Source: an uncultured bacterium
GTDB taxonomy: Bacteria > Hydrothermota > E44-bin80
DNA: 64,000 nt
Assembly (NCBI GenBank): GCA_964392665.1
Contig: CAYMQB010000007.1
Span: forward strand, 9,996 to 73,995
Reading direction: 5' to 3'
Of the stretch, positions 29,219 to 37,547 are shown piece after piece (position 1 is the first letter of the stretch; each line of letters starts with the position of its first letter). Under the pieces are notes generated by a model. That model had not been told where the DNA came from, did no database searches, and worked only from the letters and a program-made list of their open reading frames with translations. Both the position numbers and the translations under genes were made by a program.

Positions 29219-29739
29219 CACCAAATAACGCTCTTTCGCGAGAGGCTCTCATTCTTAACCAGAACTACGAACCTTTGAGTGTTACGGAAGCCAAGAAAGC
29301 ATTCGTAATTTTTTACCTTGGGAAGGCTCAAATTGTCGAGAGTTACAAGGGAATAAAACTCAATACGGTAAGAAGCAGCTATCCAGTCCCAAGTATTGTC
29401 AGATTAAAAAAATATGTCAGCATATCACGAAGAACTATTTCCCCAACAAGAAGGAATATTCTGAAAAGGGATGGATATAGATGTCAGTACTGTAGAACCA
29501 AAAATGGGCCTATGACTGTTGACCACATCATTCCCAAAACAATGCATGGTAAAGATACCTGGGAAAATCTTGTATGTGCCTGCACAAAATGCAACACAAA
29601 AAAGGGTAATCGCACCCTAAGAGAATCTGGACTTGAGCTGATCCGTGCCCCAAGGAAACCCCACTTTTTCTATCTTGTTCACAATATTGTAAACATTCCT
29701 GACCCAACCTGGCGGCCCTATCTTTTTCTTGATCCGTAA
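29215..29739 (+). CDS. HNH endonuclease (McrA-like)
   Basis: CxxC...H-N-H core: DGYRCQYCRTKNGPMTVDHIIPKTMHGKDTWENLVCACTKCNTKK. Confidence 0.8.
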   Translation: MTPNNALSREALILNQNYEPLSVTEAKKAFVIFYLGKAQIVESYKGIKLNTVRSSYPVPSIVRLKKYVSISRRTISPTRRNILKRDGYRCQYCRTKNGPMTVDHIIPKTMHGKDTWENLVCACTKCNTKKGNRTLRESGLELIRAPRKPHFFYLVHNIVNIPDPTWRPYLFLDP

Positions 29740-29748
29740 ATAAGAAGA

Positions 29749-31401
29749 ATGGGTTTGCTTATACTTTTTCTTTTTAACTCTTTCTCTTCATTAAATTCTT
29801 CTCCTATAATTAAAATCGAAGGAAACAGACATTTCTCGGATTCTGAAATAATACATACACTTGACATCCCCGAATCTCAACAATCTTTGGCATCAAGGTT
29901 ACCTGACTATGCACAAAAGATAATTTCCCTATACAAGAGTGAAGGTTATCTAAAAGTAGAGGTTGCGTGCGAAATAAGCGATAATACAGTTTTCGTGCAC
30001 ATCTCCGAAGGAATTCTTTATAGGATGGGAAAAATTACATTCAGTGGCAATAAATTCATAAAAGACGATAGACTTGATAAATTTTTTATATTCGATAGAA
30101 ACCAAACATTTCACAAAATTTATTTTGATAGGAGCGTGGAAGAAATACTCATTTTCTATGGAAATAGAGGGTTCCCTTTTGCAAAGATCGTGCCTTCCTC
30201 TTTCTATCTTGAAAATGACAAACTAAACATCGATTTGGAAATTGAAGAAGGACCAAGGCTAAAATGGGGAGAAACTACAATCTCTGGTAACGCGATTACA
30301 AAAACATATGTCATAGGAAAACAGATGAGAATTCCCATAGGAAGGTACTTTTCAGAAGAGCAGTTTGACTTAAGCCGCGCCTGGCTCGACAAACTCTCTT
30401 TCATCGAACTAACAGACGAATTTGCACTTATAAGAGGGCAACAATCGGGAACGGTTAGTATTCTTGCTCGTTTCAAAGAGAAAAAATCCAACAGGATTGG
30501 CGGAATAGTTGGATATATACCTCAGGAGGAAAACACAAAGGGCGGTTTCATTGGCTCGTTTTCTGCTCTCTTTCTAAACCTATTCGGTACCGCAAGGTTT
30601 TTAAGTGTACGGTGGGAGAAGCACATCCCTCCGTATACAGAACTCGAACTCTCATATACCGAACCATGGATATTGAATAGTTATTTTAGCGCAACATCAT
30701 CCCTTTCGCACTTGATCCAGGACACACTTTACAGTTTCTCAAAAGCGAATCTTGAAGCAAAAACAGATATATCACTTAATCTTTCACTTGGAATCATAAC
30801 TGGATGGGAACATTTCGTTCCAGCAACCACAAATATGAAAGAATCGAGGAAATATACCGTCGCTTCAAATGTTGTATTTTCGAATGTAGATTATGTAGCC
30901 AATGCATTGCGTGGAATAGATTATTCATTCTATACAGAATACGGTAGAAAATCATCTGAAAACATAATGAAATTTACCGTCGAACTCTTGAATATCATAC
31001 CGATATTTTCAAACAATACCATTTCCGTGCTTTTCTCAGGCAAATCTATGAGAACAAATAATCCACCACTACCGGAATACGAACAATTCGCTCTGGGTGG
31101 TTACAAAAGTTTGCGCGGTTATAGGGAAAAGCAATTCAGAACGACACAAATGCTTAGATTGAGTCCGGAATTTTCTTATCTATTATCAAAAATGTCAAGA
31201 CTCTATCTGTTCTACGATTGTGCATACTTTGAAACATCAAATTATGAAACTGCGGAAACTAAAAAATATTTCAAGGACGCTTACGGTATGGGTGCAAAAC
31301 TTTCATCCCGCATAGGTATAATCTCTATCGAATACGCTTTGGGTGAAGAGAGAACTTTTATGAAGGGGAAAATCCATATCGGCTTGGACAGCGTCTTTTA
31401 A
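29749..31401 (+). CDS. Omp85/BamA-TamA family outer-membrane protein (POTRA + beta-barrel)
   Basis: POTRA-like N-terminal repeats, C-terminal 'surface antigen' barrel ending in the aromatic ...IGLDSVF. Confidence 0.65.
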   Translation: MGLLILFLFNSFSSLNSSPIIKIEGNRHFSDSEIIHTLDIPESQQSLASRLPDYAQKIISLYKSEGYLKVEVACEISDNTVFVHISEGILYRMGKITFSGNKFIKDDRLDKFFIFDRNQTFHKIYFDRSVEEILIFYGNRGFPFAKIVPSSFYLENDKLNIDLEIEEGPRLKWGETTISGNAITKTYVIGKQMRIPIGRYFSEEQFDLSRAWLDKLSFIELTDEFALIRGQQSGTVSILARFKEKKSNRIGGIVGYIPQEENTKGGFIGSFSALFLNLFGTARFLSVRWEKHIPPYTELELSYTEPWILNSYFSATSSLSHLIQDTLYSFSKANLEAKTDISLNLSLGIITGWEHFVPATTNMKESRKYTVASNVVFSNVDYVANALRGIDYSFYTEYGRKSSENIMKFTVELLNIIPIFSNNTISVLFSGKSMRTNNPPLPEYEQFALGGYKSLRGYREKQFRTTQMLRLSPEFSYLLSKMSRLYLFYDCAYFETSNYETAETKKYFKDAYGMGAKLSSRIGIISIEYALGEERTFMKGKIHIGLDSVF

Positions 31402-33100
31402 TCAACAATACTTTCCCTTTTTTTCTCCCTCTATCTGTTTTGACGGAATAGAAATATATACCCTGTGTTAATTCCCGATTTCTGTTGTCGGACAAGTTCC
31501 ACTCAACGGTGTGTTTCCCAGATTTAAATAGTCCATCTTCCAAAACCTTAACACTTTGACCGAGTATGTTGTAAATTTCTATCCTTACATTCGTTTCCTC
31601 TTTTAGATTTATTGAGAACGTCAGCTTGGTGCTAACAGGATTCGGGAAAATTGAGAAAGCAAGGCTGCTCTTTGTTAAACTATCTTCGGCAACTCCAACT
31701 CCCGGAGCAACAAGAAAAGAGTAGAGATGGGGCGGCACATCAACAGGGGAAGTCCTTCTGATATTATCAGTGTTCTTTGCATGCAGGTAATAGTAAACAG
31801 TATCACCTTGAGACTGTGCGGGAATATAGCCGTCATAGACTCCCAACGAACCGCTCACCGCGCTCAAAGGTGTTGCAGTAAAAGTGGGAGCACTGTTAAC
31901 CTTATAAAAAACGAGTGTAGACTCAGCTAGCACAGTGCTTGATGAAATAATCTGTGCTCTAACCCTGTAAGGATTCAGTGTATCGTTCGTTGAATCTGGC
32001 AAAGGCTCGTGTTTTATGTGAATATATTTGCTACTCGGTGCCTGCATTGTAATACAATGGATTGCACCACCTGAACCGGACATCGCGGAACAATCTATTC
32101 CAACCACTTCATAGTAGGGTAAGAGTTGTTCGTAGATAAATAATGCCGTATCATCCTCGGGCTCTCCCCAGAGAGGAACAAGCACTTTGTTGTCAACCAT
32201 TAACGAATTTAAGTATGTGGGGGGTGCATCGGACGTAGAGTAAGGCATTGGAATCCTCGCAATACGATAGTTAAAACCTTCTCTATTTTTGCATCTTGCG
32301 ATTGAATCGGCATTCTGATTCAAGAGATCGTGATTTGGATGACCCGATGCATACTCTCCTACCATCACGAGGGTATCATTTAGAATCTTGGTCCATAGGT
32401 CAATGTGACCCGTGTATTCTGTATTCATCCTCTGAAGCACAATAAGTTGCTCCAATCCGCTGTATGCGAGCATAAATGAATCGATCTCTTGATGGCTATA
32501 TCCAGGATTCTCTTGGTATATCAGGTTACTTGCGAAACCGGTCCCCAGACCATCCACCATAAAATTACCTCCAGGATGTTCCAGTGGCGAACCGTAAACT
32601 GGAATACTCCAGGCATTTCCAATACGCCATGGAATCGTATCATCAAGGGGTCTGGGACGGTTATATATAAAATCAACTATACCCTGTGCATTATCTTCTT
32701 TTCTCATAAACCATGGTCCATAATCCCGACTCCATATTGAATTGCGTGGCCAGATATAAAACGTTACTGAATCCAGTGGAACTCCATTGTTCTGCAAGTA
32801 ATTTGTAATATTGTTCTTTTCACTATTGCTACCTGCGATTATGTAAATTTTCGATACAGCCACAACCTCCCGAACAATCTCCCGGAAAACCGAGTTATAA
32901 TAACCATACAACCAGGTAACGAAAACACCTTCCAATGGTTCGAACTCTCCTGGTGTTTCTACCCAACCAGAAGGAGGTACTGTAATAATGTGATTTTTTC
33001 CTATTTCGTCAATCTTCGAAGTTTCTTCAGCTGTCATTGCTTGAGGAAGAAAAACATCGTTTGGCTGTCCTACTAACATTAAAATAAATAAAAATACCAT
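31358..33100 (-). CDS. Secreted PAD_porph/agmatine-deiminase-family (guanidino-group modifying) enzyme with T9SS C-terminal sorting domain
   Basis: Signal peptide; WSRDYGPWF and GSGGAIHCITMQ catalytic-Cys motifs of agmatine deiminase/Porphyromonas-type PAD; C-terminal about 80 aa Por/T9SS CTD (SIFPNPVSTKLTFS...GIYFYSVKTD...KVLLIK). Confidence 0.7.
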   Translation of the reverse strand: MVFLFILMLVGQPNDVFLPQAMTAEETSKIDEIGKNHIITVPPSGWVETPGEFEPLEGVFVTWLYGYYNSVFREIVREVVAVSKIYIIAGSNSEKNNITNYLQNNGVPLDSVTFYIWPRNSIWSRDYGPWFMRKEDNAQGIVDFIYNRPRPLDDTIPWRIGNAWSIPVYGSPLEHPGGNFMVDGLGTGFASNLIYQENPGYSHQEIDSFMLAYSGLEQLIVLQRMNTEYTGHIDLWTKILNDTLVMVGEYASGHPNHDLLNQNADSIARCKNREGFNYRIARIPMPYSTSDAPPTYLNSLMVDNKVLVPLWGEPEDDTALFIYEQLLPYYEVVGIDCSAMSGSGGAIHCITMQAPSSKYIHIKHEPLPDSTNDTLNPYRVRAQIISSSTVLAESTLVFYKVNSAPTFTATPLSAVSGSLGVYDGYIPAQSQGDTVYYYLHAKNTDNIRRTSPVDVPPHLYSFLVAPGVGVAEDSLTKSSLAFSIFPNPVSTKLTFSINLKEETNVRIEIYNILGQSVKVLEDGLFKSGKHTVEWNLSDNRNRELTQGIYFYSVKTDRGRKKGKVLLIKRRCPSRYGFSPS

Positions 33101-33191
33101 ACAGCCTCCTTTATTCTTTTAGTGACTCTACCTGTCCTAATTCACTAAAGATAATAATACGTAAAAAAATAAAAATGTCAAGAAAAAATAC

Positions 33192-33249
33192 TTGACAAAA
33201 CGGATTTTATAATGTATGATTATTTCTGTAAATTGTGAATTATCACAAT
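33192..33249 (+). promoter_or_regulatory. abiE promoter (TTGACA-17-TATGAT) with downstream near-palindromic operator ATTGTGAAT-TATCACAAT
   Basis: TTGACA 33192-33197, TATGAT 33215-33220; inverted repeat 33232-33249 directly upstream of the likely abiEi start. Confidence 0.4.
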
Positions 33250-33257
33250 CTTTGGAA

Positions 33258-33893
33258 ATGACATATTTAGAGTTTAAAAATATGTTTAGAGATTTCCCGC
33301 TTATATCATCAAGTCATCTCTTCAATGTTACCCGAAAACCGACCGCCCTAAGATGGAATTTGGTGCAATGGCAGAAGAAAGGACTGGTTATTAAGCTAAA
33401 AAGGGGATTATATATCCTCAATGAAAAGGACAGAAAAATCCACCCATCAAGAACTTTTATTGCAAACTCTCTATATTCGCCCTCGTATGTCACTAATGAA
33501 TATGCACTTGGATACTACGGTCTAATTCCAGAAATGGTGATAGACCTTACGTCTGTTACTACAAAAAAGACAAAAACATTTCAAAACGCATTTGGAACTT
33601 TCCTCTATCAACACTTAAAACAGGACTTATTCTTTGGATTTACTAAGGTTATGGATGAAAATCGTTTCCCGGTATTTATTGCGGAACCAGAGAAGGCTAT
33701 ACTTGATTTTATTTACCTCCACCAGAAGGACTTCAAGAATAAAGGAAAGGATATCTTCGTGCTCTCTTATCGTTTTCAAAACCTTGAAAGATTGAAAAAG
33801 AGTAAACTGATGTATTTTGCAAAAAAATATGGCAATAATATGGTTTTAGATAAAACATTCAATCTGTTAAGTTTTATGAAGGAAGGGGAATAA
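33258..33893 (+). CDS. AbiEi-family antitoxin/transcriptional regulator (type IV TA)
   Basis: Precedes and is translationally coupled to an AbiEii/DUF1814 nucleotidyltransferase; size and helix-turn-helix-like N-terminus fit AbiEi. ORF track start 33216 overlaps the promoter/operator, so Met 33258 is preferred. Confidence 0.6.
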   Translation: MTYLEFKNMFRDFPLISSSHLFNVTRKPTALRWNLVQWQKKGLVIKLKRGLYILNEKDRKIHPSRTFIANSLYSPSYVTNEYALGYYGLIPEMVIDLTSVTTKKTKTFQNAFGTFLYQHLKQDLFFGFTKVMDENRFPVFIAEPEKAILDFIYLHQKDFKNKGKDIFVLSYRFQNLERLKKSKLMYFAKKYGNNMVLDKTFNLLSFMKEGE

Positions 33894-33897
33894 TGCT

Positions 33898-34689
33898 ATG
33901 ATAGATTTAATTAAAAACATTCTATTAGAAATTCAAAGTCGCGAGGCAAAAATCCACAAGACAAGGGAGTTTTTGCAATTACTCCTTTTAAAGATACTAT
34001 ATGATTCTGGATATTTCAAAAATCTTGCCTTCTGTGACGGTACGGCTCTAAGAGTGCTCTATAATTCAAAAAGATTTTCGGAAGACCTTGACTTTTCACT
34101 CATTAATAAGGAAAGGTATAATTTTGCTGGCCTCGTAGATAAAGTTGTTTATCAGTTAGAGAAAAATGGATTTTCCACAGATGTTAAAAAGAGAAAGGAG
34201 AAAACAGTCCAATCCGCAATGATTAAATTTAAGCATATTTTATTTGTACTGGGATTATCTAATTTAAAAAGTGAAAAACTCTTCATCAGATTTGAAGTAG
34301 ATTCTAATCCACCGAAAGGCTGGAATACTGAAATCTCATTAGTGAACAAGGATTTCGTTTTTACAGTAACACATTTCGATATTCCTTCCCTTTTTGCAAC
34401 TAAACTTCATGCCTGTTTTTATAGAAAATACACGAAAGGCAGAGATTTTTATGACCTTCTCTGGTATCTCGGGAAAAGGGCGCTTCCTAATTTTGAGCTC
34501 CTCAATAATGCCATAGAGCAAACCGAACATAAAAAGATAAATATACAAAAAGGTAATTTTAAGGGTTTCTTGCAAGAAAGATTGGCTAATATTGATTTTG
34601 CAACAGTTAGAAAAGATGTAGAAAGGTTTATAGAAGATAAAAACGAACTCAGATTACTGGATAAAGATTTAATTCTAAAACTTATTTAA
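33898..34689 (+). CDS. AbiEii/AbiGii-family nucleotidyltransferase toxin (DUF1814)
   Basis: GTALRVLYNSKRFSEDLDF matches the AbiEii GSxxxR...S(E/D)DxDF nucleotidyltransferase motif. Confidence 0.8.
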   Translation: MIDLIKNILLEIQSREAKIHKTREFLQLLLLKILYDSGYFKNLAFCDGTALRVLYNSKRFSEDLDFSLINKERYNFAGLVDKVVYQLEKNGFSTDVKKRKEKTVQSAMIKFKHILFVLGLSNLKSEKLFIRFEVDSNPPKGWNTEISLVNKDFVFTVTHFDIPSLFATKLHACFYRKYTKGRDFYDLLWYLGKRALPNFELLNNAIEQTEHKKINIQKGNFKGFLQERLANIDFATVRKDVERFIEDKNELRLLDKDLILKLI

Positions 34690-34734
34690 GTCTCCCGTAT
34701 TCCCCAGAAGCTCGGTAATCATAATTCTTATGTT

Positions 34735-35178
34735 TTACTGCAGAGTTGCTCTCCACGGCTTTACCCAGAAACCGGTTAACTTACCCTTACCATCCAGCAC
34801 AACACGCACTTCTGCATTCTGATTCTTTGAGAATTCACCCTTGAATCTGAAAATATAAAGCAAAGGTTTTTCCTTAGTTACCCAGGTTTCGGCATACTCC
34901 ATTGATTTATACTCTCCAACTATTCCCATAAGTATTTCATAGCTTTTCTTTTGATTTTCCGGTGTATATTTCGAACGCATAACTCTTGTTGCTTCTTCTC
35001 CAAGAGACTCAAACCGACCTTCTCGCTGGGCTACGAGAAGATCATTTCCAATTTCCTCTGCGGTTGCTTTCATTGTTGCATTTACGTTTGACTCTGCAAT
35101 TTTCTCGAAGTTCGAGCTGCAACCAGAAAATAATGCAAAAATAAACAAAATTAGCATCAAAATCGAATTCTCTTTCAC
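34735..35178 (-). CDS. Hypothetical lipoprotein
   Basis: Lipobox LFSGC; 147 aa. Confidence 0.5.
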   Translation of the reverse strand: MKENSILMLILFIFALFSGCSSNFEKIAESNVNATMKATAEEIGNDLLVAQREGRFESLGEEATRVMRSKYTPENQKKSYEILMGIVGEYKSMEYAETWVTKEKPLLYIFRFKGEFSKNQNAEVRVVLDGKGKLTGFWVKPWRATLQ

Positions 35179-35193
35179 TTCTCTACTCCTTTT

Positions 35194-37254
35194 TTACTTC
35201 CCCCTGCTTTTGAACGGTTTATTCAAAACCTTAGTCCCGGGTAAAACGAATCTCCCGTTCCTGATAATATCAATCCCTTTGCCATTCCTGGGAACCGCTT
35301 TAATGAATTTGATAGATTCATATGGCACCGTGATATCCTGATGTCTATATGTATATGCTTCTTCTGGTCTGGTTTTTCTCAGCGCAGTTTTTTCGTTTTC
35401 CCTTGCAACAACCTCCTTACTATCCAATTTGTTAAAAACGCGCTTACCTTCACTCATTGCATAACAAGTATCACCAATTGCAAAGTGCGGTCCTGTTTTT
35501 TCAAGGATCAACACCGGTAGTATATTCATAATCCTATACTTTTTTGCAACAACATAAGCCAGGGTATTAGTACCAATAGCAAACTCTCCAAGCGGCAGGG
35601 TTTTATGCGGAAACAGCAGGTTTTCTTCGATATACTTTTTGTTGCTCTTGGTGGTCTTGAAATTTCTGCAATTATAATCCACAATATAACCGTCCTTGAA
35701 TTTAAGCATCAAGTCCCTGAATTCCAACCCTCCAAGGTATGTCCTCCCTATATGCAAAACACCATTTGTACCTTTCAATTGCGGTGAAGTAAATACTTCA
35801 CCAATAGGAATATTGATATCAGCACCACAATTCTCGAAATTGGTCTGTCTTTCAGGAAACTCTATTTCTTGCATCTTCACCTTAATATCCGTTTTTGATT
35901 TTCCTTTCCCTTTAATATGGACATATGTTGCAGTATCCAAAACATCTATTATTTTCTTCTGAATGTACTCGTATTTCTCAGGATTCAGCAAATTGATTCT
36001 GAGTATCTCCTTAAAAATCTTCTCGAAATTTTTCCCGACCTCCGGGGATGGAAAAGATATTACAGTGAAACTTATTTCACTTCTTGGCAAGTATCTGTCT
36101 TGAATCATTACCAAATTATTTTGATGAATTTGAAACACTTTTTGCTGCGCATCCGTAAACTTCAAATATTCAGGTTTTGCCTCTGGAGTAAAAGTTTTCT
36201 CGCCGAATTTGGAAAGAACAATAATACCGGAACATTGTTTCATTATTTTCTTGCACTTCTCTACTGCTTTTTCAAAAGTAATTCCATAGAAATTCGAATA
36301 CGCCTTGTCTAAATAAAGAGCCGCATCAAACCTATGGTCATAGCTGTATTGTCTGTTGATCTTCGTTGACGAAACGCTCATTATCGTTACACCAAGATTT
36401 TGTTTCTCCAAATCTCTAATCAACTGATGAACAATTCTCTCCTGTCCTATGCTGTACATTATTGATACCATAGATTTTTTTCTAATGTTCTTTCCGCTTA
36501 TCTTGAATCCCGCAATGTACGCATCGGTAATTACTTTTGAAAGTTTTTTTATCGAACTTTCCGGATATTTTTTTAGAAATTTACCGGTTTTTATCTCGTT
36601 CTGCGTAATATATTTCCCATATCGAAAAAGGTATCGCTGGTCTTTAAGATTGGATTTCATTACAATGTCTTTAAGAAATCTAAATTCCTTATCAAACCTT
36701 TGCTTAAGGTCAATAACAATGTCTTTGGTTTTATCTTTCTTCTCAAGCTCTGTTACGATTTTCTTTAGCGCTTTATAACCTAATCTACTTTTTCCTATAT
36801 AATCGAATATGTCGATAAAGAGTTTATTATATTCATACATTTTGAAAATCCTGCGCTCAAATGCAAAACGAGTATAACTTCTGAACTTTGTATATACATA
36901 GGACATCAACTGCCCATATCTGTCTCCAAAAATCTTCACGCAATATGTAGGGTTAGCATAGCTTGTTCTATAATTTCTCTTTTCCAGTTCACCAAACATT
37001 TCTTTGTTTTCTCTCTTTAGTTCCTCAAATGGTTTTCCGGTGAAATACCTTTCCCCTAGTTTCTTCTCGATATCAGCCATTTTTAGTATAAAATTCCCGG
37101 TTTTATGAAGAAACCCATAGTATTCTTTGTTTTTCTTTAAAAAACCTTTATCTTTCGTTTTGCTGCATATTTCTTCTATTTTGCTCAAGCTTTTCTCGTA
37201 ATTTTTTTGTACTCTTTTATTCTCTTTTTCATAATACTTTCTTACATCAAACAC
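35194..37254 (-). CDS. Hypothetical protein, C-terminal half aminopeptidase-like (possibly M29/AmpS-related)
   Basis: C-terminal region has GEVFTSP and HFAIGDTCY-like motifs reminiscent of thermophilic aminopeptidase family; 270-aa N-terminal extension of unknown function. Assignment weak. Confidence 0.35.
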   Translation of the reverse strand: MFDVRKYYEKENKRVQKNYEKSLSKIEEICSKTKDKGFLKKNKEYYGFLHKTGNFILKMADIEKKLGERYFTGKPFEELKRENKEMFGELEKRNYRTSYANPTYCVKIFGDRYGQLMSYVYTKFRSYTRFAFERRIFKMYEYNKLFIDIFDYIGKSRLGYKALKKIVTELEKKDKTKDIVIDLKQRFDKEFRFLKDIVMKSNLKDQRYLFRYGKYITQNEIKTGKFLKKYPESSIKKLSKVITDAYIAGFKISGKNIRKKSMVSIMYSIGQERIVHQLIRDLEKQNLGVTIMSVSSTKINRQYSYDHRFDAALYLDKAYSNFYGITFEKAVEKCKKIMKQCSGIIVLSKFGEKTFTPEAKPEYLKFTDAQQKVFQIHQNNLVMIQDRYLPRSEISFTVISFPSPEVGKNFEKIFKEILRINLLNPEKYEYIQKKIIDVLDTATYVHIKGKGKSKTDIKVKMQEIEFPERQTNFENCGADINIPIGEVFTSPQLKGTNGVLHIGRTYLGGLEFRDLMLKFKDGYIVDYNCRNFKTTKSNKKYIEENLLFPHKTLPLGEFAIGTNTLAYVVAKKYRIMNILPVLILEKTGPHFAIGDTCYAMSEGKRVFNKLDSKEVVARENEKTALRKTRPEEAYTYRHQDITVPYESIKFIKAVPRNGKGIDIIRNGRFVLPGTKVLNKPFKSRGK

Positions 37255-37360
37255 TACACCTCCTTAACGCTGGATAACAACTTCCGCAATGTTTAATAAC
37301 AAAATGTGAAAACCGAAATTCTAACATCTAAGACCATTCGCTTAACTTCTATACTCCACT

Positions 37361-37465
37361 ACTATTTTTTTTCTTCTTCTTCTCTTTTCTTCTTTCTTTT
37401 ATAGATAGTTGCCTCTTTTTCTTGGCTTCCTTTTTTGCCTTATCTCTTTTCCCTTTGTCTCCCAT
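37361..37465 (-). CDS. Candidate small ORF: 34-aa Lys/Arg-rich peptide
   Basis: ATG preceded at 7 nt by a perfect AGGAGGT SD. Translation is MGDKGKRDKAKKEAKKKRQLSIKERRKEKKKKKK. It is below the ORF-track size cutoff. Confidence 0.3.
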
Positions 37466-37547
37466 TTTATTACCTCCTGTTAAAAATCTTTTTCTCCCAT
37501 TATTTTACAGCAGTTCTTCTTGAGTTTGCTGAAGTTCTTTGAGCATA

